From positions 1,248,001-1,312,000 of the forward strand of contig OZ252244.1 in NCBI GenBank assembly GCA_965249575.1: a stretch of 64,000 nt of DNA. The letters run 5' to 3'. The position numbers and the translations under genes are program-made. This document shows positions 1-8,887 of the stretch, piece after piece (position 1 is the stretch's first letter; the number at the start of each line of letters is the position of its first letter). Under the pieces are notes generated by a model, which saw only the letters and a list, made by a program, of their open reading frames with translations, was not told the origin of the DNA and made no database searches. The stretch comes from Gemmatimonadales bacterium (GTDB lineage Bacteria; Gemmatimonadota; Gemmatimonadetes; Gemmatimonadales; GWC2-71-9).

Positions 1-350
1 CAGCCGAACAGAAAGGGGATAGGGGTCGACCCGTACGCGCGGCGCAGGAACGCGTACGTCCCGCCTGTCTCAGGAATGGCCGCTCCAAGCTCCGCCATGC
101 AGAGCGCACCGCAGGTTGCGAGCAAGCCCGTCACCACCCAAACCGTGAGCGACAGCCCGGGCGCTCCTATCTCATCGGCGACGAATGCGGGGACGACAAA
201 TATGCTCGCGCCGATGATGCCGCCGACGACCAGGGTGGTCGCCTCGAGGGCGCCAAGTCCCCGCACTAAGGCTGGCTTGACCTCGGTACCCGCGTGGGAT
301 CGACGGCTCTCCAGAAACTTGCCCCCTTGTGGTCGGGTCGAGCACCGGCA
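1..350 (-). CDS. APC-family amino acid permease, N-terminal part (runs off the window; start uncertain)
   Basis: Manual minus-strand translation gives LVRGLGALEATTLVVGGIIGASIFVVP...GALCMAELGAAIPETGGTYAFLRRAYG, the typical APC TM1 and AEL..AIP..GG motifs. It is not in the ORF track, and the nearest ATG (351) is out of frame. Confidence 0.8.
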
Positions 351-586
351 TCCGCTGCCCCGCCGGCTGGGCCCCTACAAGTGGCAGGTCACGAGACTAT
401 GGCGCAAGTGAGATTTAACGCCCGCGACTCGAGAATCGTCGTGCATGCGACGCGCCATCGAAGCTCCCACCAGCGTCAATTCTGTTGACAACGGATAACC
501 TGCCTCGCATGTTGCCGGTCCGCACCGCTCGCGCTCCTGACGCATGGCAAATCGAACGTGGCACGTTCACGTAAAGGACATCATCG

Positions 587-1710
587 ATGAATGTCGCGGT
601 CAGAACTTCCGCACTTGCATTCGGTCTCACGCTCGCGAGAGCGGTGAGCGGAACGGCCCAGGACCCGATCACACCACCGCCAGAGCTCAAATATGAAATC
701 CATCTCGAGAAAAGCATCATGGTGGAGATGCGGGACGGAATCAGACTATCAACGGATCTCTTGTTTCCAAGCGGTGCTCAGGAACCCCTTCCAGTGATTC
801 TTCGTAGAACGCCCTATAGCAAGAGCCCGTTTCGCGACAACGAGCGTGTACGATTCTGGGTCGGGCAGGGATACGTGTACGCCGTTCAAGACAAGCGTGG
901 CAAGTACGAGTCGGAGGGAGACTACGCCATATCGATCGGTGATGCGGAGGATGGCTACGATACCGTGGACTGGCTCGCGGAACAGCCCTGGTCGAACGGC
1001 AAGGTCGGTACGATCGGGTGCTCTTATAACGGCGACGTCCAAATGTTCCTGGCTACCCAGCGCAACCCGCACCATGCGGCCATGGTCCCGCAGGCCACGG
1101 GAAGCTCGAACGGGGCGGCGGGTGGCCGGTATCGACAATTCGCCAGCCGCTACGGCGGCAACATCGGGTTGGCGTCGGCGTTTGGGTGGTTCCGACGCTA
1201 TGGATCCAAAGTGAGTTATCGCCCCCCACCTCCACACTTCCCCTCCCTCTACCAGTCGAAAATCGCCGACTACTTCCGCCCCGGCCCCACGCTGCCTGAT
1301 GTCGATGTAGAGGAAATCTGGTGGAGCCTGCCGGTCGTGGACATGATGAAGAAGGCTGGCGCCCCGCCCAGCGATTGGGAAACCATTGTCTCGGTCGAGC
1401 CAAACGATCCCTGGTGGGACCAATTCGCCTACCTCACCGACGACGATCGATTCGACGTACCGGCACTCTTCATCAATTCGTGGTATGACTTCGGCGCCGC
1501 GGAAAGCATCTATCAGTATCAACTGTTCCGCCGAAACTCGGTGAGTGAGCGGGCGCAGGAGAGTCAGTTCATCGTAATCTCGCCAATGCCTCACTGCCGC
1601 GAGGAGCGGGCAACCGAACACACGATGGTGGGAGCGCGGTACGTAGGGGACGCCCGCTTCGACTATCTCAAGCTCTACCTGCGCTGGTTCGACTACTGGT
1701 TGAAGGGGAT
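587..1710 (+). CDS. CocE/NonD (peptidase S15) hydrolase, N-terminal catalytic domain only; C-terminal domain missing
   Basis: Signal peptide, MRDGIRLSTDL, RTPY, nucleophile GCSY, WYD and PMPHC. Homology ends at WFDYWLKGI (compare the paralogue at 28997). Confidence 0.85.
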
Positions 1711-2131
1711 CGGCCAAGCGCCAGTGCGCTTGAACTTCTGGGTGGACGGATTCCTCTTGAATCGAATGCAAAAAGCCCTGCTCAGCGAAGCCATCAATCT
1801 CGTGGAAAGAGGCGTCGCTTCCGTGGATGCGGTCGACTCCGTCATTCGTGATGGCCTCGGACTCCGATGGGCGCTCATGGGACCGTTCGGTGTCGCGGAG
1901 ACGAACGCGGACGGAGGCACGAGAGAGTACCTCACTCGGTTTCGTGCAAACCATGTACGCGTTTCAAAGGATCTCGGACCTCCCCCGAATTTTGATGACG
2001 AGCAAATCGAGCGAGTCGGCCGCGGCACGGATGAAATGCTCAAGGGCGCGCAGCACGATGCCCTGAGCCGTTGGCGGGACCGGATGATCCGAAAAATTTG
2101 CGCGCTCAAGAAGGGGGACCCCCAGCCATGA
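1711..2131 (+). CDS. 3-hydroxyacyl-CoA dehydrogenase family C-terminal domain (carnitine dehydrogenase/lambda-crystallin-like), fused in frame to the CocE fragment
   Basis: GFLLNRMQ.ALLSEA..LV..GVAS..AVD.VIRDGLGLRWALMGPF is the 3HCDH C-terminal signature. The NAD-binding N-terminal domain is absent. Confidence 0.8.
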
Positions 2132-3135
2132 CGCCGACCGGTGGCTGGCGTGTCTCTCCACAGGCCGCCGCGCTGCATGCCGACGCGCTGGTGTGGGACA
2201 TGGTGTTCGTGTACGAGCCGGAGATGGACAACGACTACCGTCTCTTTCCGCGCTGGAGAAACGCCGGAGTCGACTTCGTCTCCGTTCACCCGGCCGGCGA
2301 CCGACACAACATAGGTGAAGCGATGCGCCGCATCGCCCGCTGCCGGAGCCACGTGCTCTCGGACCCCACGCACTACGTCTTGGTGGATACCGTCGACGAC
2401 ATCATACGAGCGAAGGCGCAGGGCAAGCTCGCCGTGGGACTCCACCTGGAGGGGTTTCGCTGTCTCGAGCGGGACCTCAACATGGTCGAGGCGTTTTACA
2501 AGCTGGGTGTCCGGTTTTGCCATCCGATTTTCAATCTGGTCAACTCCATCGGCGGAGGATCAGCAGATCGGATCGATGTCGGCCTCTCCCGGTATGGCAT
2601 CAACGTCGTGCACGAGATGAATCGCGTCGGCATGCTGGTCGATGGGAGCCACGCTGGTTACAAAGCCACGTTGGAAATGATGGAGGTATCGGAAGCACCG
2701 GTGATCTTTTCGCATCTGGCTTGTTACAGCGTACGTGAACATTTTCGCAACGTACGTGACGATCAGATTCAGGCCTGCGCCCGCAAGGGCGGCGTCATCG
2801 GAATCACCAGCGCGGGCTTCTATCTGGGTGAGAGCACGTCCACGGAACGCTATTTCCGCCACGTCGATCACGTGGCGCAGCTGGTCGGCGCTACACACGT
2901 GGGAATCGGGCTCGACAGTATGGATCGGCCCGAGCTGCTTCAGCACTACATCGACGCCCGTCCAGACGAGTGGCCTGGTCGCGAACAGGGAATGTGGGAA
3001 CCCATAGAGTTCTTCAAGCCGGAACAGCTCCCGGAACTCACGGAATTGATGCTGAAGAGCGGATACTCCGACAGCGACGTTCGGGGCGTGCTGGGCGGCA
3101 ACTTCCTCAGGGTGTGTCGGGAGACGTGGAAGTAG
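2128..3135 (+). CDS. Membrane dipeptidase (peptidase M19 / renal dipeptidase family)
   Basis: Motifs LEG, EMNRVGMLVDGSH, PVIFSH, RNV.D and HVGIGLD. The ATG overlaps the upstream stop (ATGA). Confidence 0.88.
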   Translation: MTPTGGWRVSPQAAALHADALVWDMVFVYEPEMDNDYRLFPRWRNAGVDFVSVHPAGDRHNIGEAMRRIARCRSHVLSDPTHYVLVDTVDDIIRAKAQGKLAVGLHLEGFRCLERDLNMVEAFYKLGVRFCHPIFNLVNSIGGGSADRIDVGLSRYGINVVHEMNRVGMLVDGSHAGYKATLEMMEVSEAPVIFSHLACYSVREHFRNVRDDQIQACARKGGVIGITSAGFYLGESTSTERYFRHVDHVAQLVGATHVGIGLDSMDRPELLQHYIDARPDEWPGREQGMWEPIEFFKPEQLPELTELMLKSGYSDSDVRGVLGGNFLRVCRETWK

Positions 3136-3226
3136 GAGTCAGGACGCCGCACCCCACTCGAGTGAGTGGGGGCCTCCTTGCTGCTCACTCCTCACTCGGT
3201 GCGGAGGGGCGGCGTAGACCTGCTTC
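3129..3226. repeat. Imperfect palindromic intergenic element with GAGTGAG/CTCACTC heptamers (copy after paralogue 1)
   Basis: Pairing arms acgccgc/gcggcgt and cgagtgag/ctcactcg. CTGCTCACTCCTCACTCGG at 3181-3199 is identical to 63018-63036. Confidence 0.7.
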
Positions 3227-4576
3227 TCAGCTCACTCGTTCGGGTCTCGGGGCCCCATCCGGCCCGTTGTCCCAGTCCTGTACGCTCGATACATTCGGTT
3301 GCCCCCAGTCGTGGCCGTTCCAGCCGTCGAATCCTTCCATCTTTAGGGCCCAGAAACCGCTCTGCATGTCGCTCGCGACGATCAACCCATCCGCATTCCG
3401 CACGTCGATGCCGAACACTCCCTTGGCCACCCCACCTCCCTCGTAGTCCTGAACCCCGGTAAAGGTGTCGTAGAACCCAACGGTGTGTGGCTTCGTGGGA
3501 TTCCTCATGTCGAGTACTTGAACGCCATCCTGATATGCCGACACGAACACGTAGGGCCACCGGATTTCCATGTTGTGCGATGACTTTCGCCAGTCCGCGG
3601 TCCACTCGGCAATGGGTGGAACGATGGTCTGGTTTCCGTCGAGAGCCGGCTGGAGATCGAAGAATCGAATCGGCTGATGACCCGGCGAGGTCATCTCGGT
3701 AAGTCCGTAGCGGCCATCGGGGGTGACGACGAACGTGTGGCCACCGGACTGTTGGCTCCGCACCGCCATGATCATCGCCAACAGTTTGGGACTCGAGACA
3801 TCACTCACGTCATAGATGTATTGGCCGCCCTCATAGGACGTCTCCGGTCCGCCCCCATAAAAGCGGTCCTGCCCGCTTTCCTGATGGTAGGCGACATACG
3901 CGTCGTGGTAGCCCCCAGGGCCACCTCGCGGCTGTGCCATTGGGACGCGCCCGACAAGACCCGAGTTCGGCGCGCCGTTGAGCAAGCGCTCCAGGTCGTA
4001 GATGTTCGCCCCATGTTCATCGGACATGCGTGACGCGGTGGTCGCGAACACGTACGACCGACCATCCGAGTGCTTGTAGGCGAAGATGTTGTGAAAACCT
4101 CCAGGATTGTCCGGCGCCCGAATACGCGCGACTTCTCTGATGGTCGAGGTGTCGGGCAGCCCCGTCACATCGAAGACAATGGCCCCCACGTCCCGATTGG
4201 GGCTCCCACCTCTGAATGCGAAAGATTGAATCGTGTAGTATCTGTCCTCGAGCTTGACGTACTTGTTGTCGAGCGACCGCCCCTCATGCAGCTCGGGGTT
4301 CTCGATTTGCCACCGATACAAGTGCTTCGCCTGCTCGACGTCCTTGATATCGATGATGTCGAACCCCATGAAGGCTCGCCGGGACACGTATACGAAGGGA
4401 CGCGCCAAGTCCTGTTCGATCTCGATGTCGTTGACTACGCCGTCGCCCCCCAGCGGCACGTGAGACAGGACAGTCATGTTGTCGCTGCCCTGCAGACCGG
4501 GGCCGAGCTGAGCGGTAGCACCCGTCACCACCCATGGCGTGAGCGCCGCCACGAGGACGAGCGTCCGTTGCATCAT
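3227..4576 (-). CDS. Secreted LVIVD-like beta-propeller protein, paralogue 1
   Basis: Signal peptide (ATA|Q), DIEIEQ, GGFHN, YHD, GHTF, HNME.RWP, repeated YVS..G..I.D...P blades, and a WNGHDWG.PN.SS.QDWDNGP tail. Confidence 0.85.
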   Translation of the reverse strand: MMQRTLVLVAALTPWVVTGATAQLGPGLQGSDNMTVLSHVPLGGDGVVNDIEIEQDLARPFVYVSRRAFMGFDIIDIKDVEQAKHLYRWQIENPELHEGRSLDNKYVKLEDRYYTIQSFAFRGGSPNRDVGAIVFDVTGLPDTSTIREVARIRAPDNPGGFHNIFAYKHSDGRSYVFATTASRMSDEHGANIYDLERLLNGAPNSGLVGRVPMAQPRGGPGGYHDAYVAYHQESGQDRFYGGGPETSYEGGQYIYDVSDVSSPKLLAMIMAVRSQQSGGHTFVVTPDGRYGLTEMTSPGHQPIRFFDLQPALDGNQTIVPPIAEWTADWRKSSHNMEIRWPYVFVSAYQDGVQVLDMRNPTKPHTVGFYDTFTGVQDYEGGGVAKGVFGIDVRNADGLIVASDMQSGFWALKMEGFDGWNGHDWGQPNVSSVQDWDNGPDGAPRPERVS

Positions 4577-6035
4577 CTTGAATCTCCCTTGTTATAGTCG
4601 AGTCGTGGTGCTGCCCACCCTTGGCCGGGCCACGCATGCTGACGCGCGCGGGCGATGGCGCGCCATCGGGGCCATTGTCCCAATCCTGGGCGCTCGAAAT
4701 GTTCGGGACGCCCCAGTCGTGGCCGTTCCATCCCTCGAACCCCTCCAGCTTGAACGCCCAGAATCCGTTCTGGATGTCGCCCGCGACGATGAGCCCGTCA
4801 GCGTTGCGGACGTCCACGCCAAAGACACCGCCGCCCGTACCACCGCCGGAGTAGTCTTGCACCCCACTGTGGGTGTCGTAAAAGGCGACCGTGTGCGGGT
4901 TCGTCGGGTCGCGGATATCGAACACGTGCACGCCTGCCTGATACGCAGAGACGAAGACATATGGCCAGCGAACTTCCAGGTTGTGCTGCGACTTCGTCGG
5001 ATCGGCCGTCCATTCGGCGATCGGCTGCAGAACCGTACGCTCGCCATCCAGCGCGGGCTGGAGATCAAAGATGCGGATGGGCGTGTGTCCGAGCGAGGTC
5101 ATCTCGGTCAGGCCATATCGCCCGTCCGGCGTGACCACGAACGTGTGCCCGCCCGATTGCTGGCTCGGCACGGCCAGGATCGTCGCGAGGAGCTTCGGCT
5201 GTTCGATGTCCGACACATCGAAGACGAAGTTGCCTCCCAGGTACGTCGTCTCCGGTCCGCCACCGTAAAACCGGTCCTGACCGCTTTCAACATGATAGGC
5301 GACGTACGCGTCGTGAAAGCCCCGACCGGCCCCGCGGGGCTCCGGCAGGGGCACGCGCCCGACCAGCCCTCCCAGCGGCTCACCACCCAGCAACCTCGCC
5401 ATGTCGTATATGTTCGCGCCCTGCCCGTCGTTGGTGCTAGACTCGACGGTCGCAAAGAGGTACGCTCGGCCGTTCGAGTGCCTGTACGCGAAGATGTTGT
5501 GAAAGCCACCGGGGGTATCCGGCGTACGAATTGTCGCAACGACCTTGACGCTCGATGGATCGGGTAGACCCGTAACGTCCAGCACGACCGCTCCCAGGTC
5601 ACCATCCGGCCCCGCCCCTATGAGCTGAAACGATTGAACGTCGTAGTATCGCCCGCCGAGCTTGAAGTACTTGTTGTCCAAGCCCCCGATTCGCTCATGG
5701 AGCCCCTGCCCCTCCAGCCGGAAACGGTAGAGGAGTTTCGGCCTGGCCGGATCCTTGATGCTGATGATGTCGGTTCCTTTGGACGGCCCGAGCGGCGACG
5801 GATTGTAATCGGACCGGGCGACGTACACGTATGGGCGGGACAGCTCTTGTTCAACTTCGATATCGGCAACCTGCCCCATCCCCAACGGAAGATGTGAGAC
5901 GTACGTCATGTTCCCACTGCGCTGCTGCCCCGGACCTCGTTGTGCGAAGGCCTGGACAGGGAACATGACGGCAAGCGTGGTCAGGGCGGCGGCCCGGTAC
6001 GTCAACCCGTCGATCCCGGGGCTCGGGCGTTTCAC
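4284..6035 (-). CDS. Secreted LVIVD-like beta-propeller protein, paralogue 2 (homology ends ~4632; ORF runs on)
   Basis: GTG start at 6035 overlaps the TGA of paralogue 3. All family motifs are present. There is no stop after RVSMR. Confidence 0.82.
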   Translation of the reverse strand: MKRPSPGIDGLTYRAAALTTLAVMFPVQAFAQRGPGQQRSGNMTYVSHLPLGMGQVADIEVEQELSRPYVYVARSDYNPSPLGPSKGTDIISIKDPARPKLLYRFRLEGQGLHERIGGLDNKYFKLGGRYYDVQSFQLIGAGPDGDLGAVVLDVTGLPDPSSVKVVATIRTPDTPGGFHNIFAYRHSNGRAYLFATVESSTNDGQGANIYDMARLLGGEPLGGLVGRVPLPEPRGAGRGFHDAYVAYHVESGQDRFYGGGPETTYLGGNFVFDVSDIEQPKLLATILAVPSQQSGGHTFVVTPDGRYGLTEMTSLGHTPIRIFDLQPALDGERTVLQPIAEWTADPTKSQHNLEVRWPYVFVSAYQAGVHVFDIRDPTNPHTVAFYDTHSGVQDYSGGGTGGGVFGVDVRNADGLIVAGDIQNGFWAFKLEGFEGWNGHDWGVPNISSAQDWDNGPDGAPSPARVSMRGPAKGGQHHDSTITREIQDDATDARPRGGAHAMGGDGCYRSARPRSAGQRQHDCPVSRAAGGRRRSQRHRDRTGLGASLRIRVPASLHGVRHHRYQGRRAGEALVSVANREPRAA

Positions 6036-7408
6036 TGTTGGACGCTCACCCGCTGGGACCTGGGTGCCATGTCGGGCCCGTTGTCCCAATCCTGGGCCGT
6101 TGACACGTTGGGCACACCCCAGTCGTGACCGTTCCAGCCGTCAAAGCCTTCCATCTTGAACGCCCAGAAACCAGTTTGCATGTCGCTGGCCACGATCAAT
6201 CCGTCCGCGTTCCGAACATCGATGCCGAACACGCCGTTGGCGGTGCCCCCCCCCGTGTAGTCCTGCACGCCGGTATACGTGTCGTAGAAGCCGACCGTGT
6301 GCGGTTTCTTCGGATTGCGCATGTCGAACACCTGCATTCCTGCCTCGTACGCCGACACGAACACGTACGGCCAGCGAATCTCCATGTTGTGCTCGGACTT
6401 CGTCGGGTCAGCGGTCCACTCCGCGATCGGCTGGAGGACCGACCGCTCACCGTCGAGCGCCGGCTCCATGTCAAAGATGCGGATTGGCGTATGTCCCAGG
6501 GATGTCATCTCCGTAAGGCCGTAGCGCCCGTCCGGCGTGGCCACGAAGGTATGCCCTCCCGCCTGCTGGCTGGGCACGGCGAGAATCGTCGCCAGCAGCT
6601 TGGGCTGCGTGACGTTCGAGACGTCGAAGATGAAATTCCCGCCAAGGTACGTCGTTTCCGGTCCGCCCCCGTAGAAGCGGTCCTGGCCACTCTCGGGATG
6701 ATACGCAACGTATGCGTCGTGATATCCACGGCCGGACCCGCGAGGCTCCGGAAGCGGGACTCGCCCGACTAACCCTTCCATCGCACCGCCTGCAAGCAGC
6801 CGTTCCATATCGTAGATGTTGGCGCCTTGCCCGTCGTTCGTGGTCGCTTCTACGGTGGTGAAGAGATATACCCGTCCGTTCGAGTGCTTGTACGCGAAGA
6901 TGTTATGGAAACCGCCGGGTGTGTCCGGCGTCCGGATCTCCGAAACCACCTTGACGGTGGACGGATCCGGCAGGCCGGTGACGTCGAGTACGACCGCACC
7001 CAAGTCGGCGTTCGGCCCGCTCCCGCGCAACTGGAACGACTGCACGTCGTAATGGCGGCCGTTCAATTTGAAGTGCTTGTTGTCCATGCCACCGATACCC
7101 TGATGCAGCTCTTGCTGCTCCAGGCGGAATCGGTGTATGACCTTCGGCTTGCTGGGATCTTTGAGACTGATGATGTCGGTTCCTTTGGATGAAAACAGCG
7201 TCTTCGCATAGTCGGACCGCGACACGTAGGCGTACGGTCTCGACAGTTCCTGCTCGACGTCCAGGTCCATTACCTGTCCCGTGCCCAGGGGCAGGTGAGA
7301 TATCAACTCGATATTCCCGCTACTCTGCTTGCCGGGACCCATTTGCGCTCTCGCGGATGTCCCGAAGACGAGGGCGAGGCCTGTCACTACCAAAGTCCAG
7401 CGCTTCAT
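6032..7408 (-). CDS. Secreted LVIVD-like beta-propeller protein, paralogue 3
   Basis: Signal peptide ARA|Q and all family motifs; very similar to paralogue 2. Confidence 0.85.
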   Translation of the reverse strand: MKRWTLVVTGLALVFGTSARAQMGPGKQSSGNIELISHLPLGTGQVMDLDVEQELSRPYAYVSRSDYAKTLFSSKGTDIISLKDPSKPKVIHRFRLEQQELHQGIGGMDNKHFKLNGRHYDVQSFQLRGSGPNADLGAVVLDVTGLPDPSTVKVVSEIRTPDTPGGFHNIFAYKHSNGRVYLFTTVEATTNDGQGANIYDMERLLAGGAMEGLVGRVPLPEPRGSGRGYHDAYVAYHPESGQDRFYGGGPETTYLGGNFIFDVSNVTQPKLLATILAVPSQQAGGHTFVATPDGRYGLTEMTSLGHTPIRIFDMEPALDGERSVLQPIAEWTADPTKSEHNMEIRWPYVFVSAYEAGMQVFDMRNPKKPHTVGFYDTYTGVQDYTGGGTANGVFGIDVRNADGLIVASDMQTGFWAFKMEGFDGWNGHDWGVPNVSTAQDWDNGPDMAPRSQRVSVQQ

Positions 7409-7492
7409 TGGCCGCTCTCCTTAGATGCCAGAAATCCGATATCCAAACCCGCGGGTCGCAGGACAACTTCTGTGGTCCACGCCCAACCCATT

Positions 7493-8860
7493 CTACTTGA
7501 TGCCCCTTCGACTCACGCGCTGGGGGTCCGGCGCACCCTCCGGGCCGTTATCCCAATCCTGGGCGCTCGAGATATTCGGCATTCCCCAGTGATGGCCGTT
7601 CCATCCGTCGAACCCATCCATCTTGAACGCCCAGAATCCCGTTCGAATGTCGCTGATGACGATCAGTCCATCGGCGTCCCGCACATCGACCCCGAATGCC
7701 CCATTGTAGACCGTGGTAAAGTCGTTGAACCCGAACTCGTGAGGGCCATCGTACGTGTCGTAGTAGGCCACCGGATAGGGATTTGGTGGGATCCATGAGG
7801 TTGAGGACCTGGAGACCGTCCTCGTAGGCCGACACGAACACGTATGGCCAGCGGACTTCTGCGTTGTGCGGGGATATGCCCTCCAGTTGGCCGTCCAGCC
7901 TCCCAGAGCCCGGGAAACCGTGGACACGTTGCCGTCCAAAGCCGGCTTCATGTCGAAGACCCTGAATACGGTGTACTGGCAGCAGGCACTGATCACCGCG
8001 TACCGGCCGTCCGGAGAGGGAATGAACGTGTGTCCGCCGATCTGGCCGGCAACGCCCGTCACGGACGCCAGTAACGTCGGGTTCGCGACATCGGTAATGT
8101 CGAACACGAAGTTCCCGCCCTCCAACGTGCCGCCGTCAGGGCCGCCTACATACAGCTTGTCCTGCCGCGTCGCCGGGTCGTACGCTGCGTAGAAATCGTG
8201 ATAGCTCGCGTTCGACTCCCGCGGCTCCGGAAACGGCACGCGGCCGACCAGGCCCTGCCCGGGCTCGCCTGCCAAGAAATGCTCGAGGTCGAAGACGCTG
8301 GCGAACGGCTGCCGGGTCAAGGTCGCGAACATCAACGGCCGGCCGCTGGAATGCTTGTACAGGAAGAAATTATGAAAGCCACCAGGCGACTCGGGCATAC
8401 GGAAGCGACGGACCTCGACGATGCCGCCGGAATCGGGAAGACTCGTGACATCGAACGCAATGGCTCCGAGATCGCTGTCCGGGCCGCTTCCCCGAAATTG
8501 GAACGATTGGATGTAGTAGTATCGCCCCCGATGCTTGAAGTACTTGCCATCGAGCGCTCCCGTGCCCTGATGTAGCTCCGGGTTCTCGATTTCCCACGAG
8601 TACAAAACGCTTGCCCGTTCGGGAATGCGAAGGTCGATGATGCTAAAACCGTATCGGAGCAGCCTCGACACGTAGGCGTACGGCCGGGCCAGCTCCTGCT
8701 CAATCTCGATGTCGGCGACATCGAAGATCGGGCCAGCCAACGGAAGGTGCGCTACCACCCGGACGTTGTTGCTTCCCTGCTGCCCCGGGGGGTGTTGGGC
8801 GAAAGCGGGGCGTGCAAGCACCAGTGCAAGGCCGATCAGACAAGCGCATCGCAAGGTCAT
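7493..8860 (-). CDS. Secreted LVIVD-like beta-propeller protein, paralogue 4 (compensated frameshift ~7783-7872)
   Basis: Family motifs present. HNAEVRWPYVFVSAYEDG is read in an alternative frame between two homopolymer insertions. Confidence 0.82.
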   Translation of the reverse strand: MTLRCACLIGLALVLARPAFAQHPPGQQGSNNVRVVAHLPLAGPIFDVADIEIEQELARPYAYVSRLLRYGFSIIDLRIPERASVLYSWEIENPELHQGTGALDGKYFKHRGRYYYIQSFQFRGSGPDSDLGAIAFDVTSLPDSGGIVEVRRFRMPESPGGFHNFFLYKHSSGRPLMFATLTRQPFASVFDLEHFLAGEPGQGLVGRVPFPEPRESNASYHDFYAAYDPATRQDKLYVGGPDGGTLEGGNFVFDITDVANPTLLASVTGVAGQIGGHTFIPSPDGRYAVISACCQYTVFRVFDMKPALDGNVSTVSRALGGWTANWRAYPRTTQKSAGHTCSCRPTRTVSRSSTSWIPPNPYPVAYYDTYDGPHEFGFNDFTTVYNGAFGVDVRDADGLIVISDIRTGFWAFKMDGFDGWNGHHWGMPNISSAQDWDNGPEGAPDPQRVSRRGIK

Positions 8861-8887
8861 GTCTTCTCCACAAAGAGGGTCTTTCCT

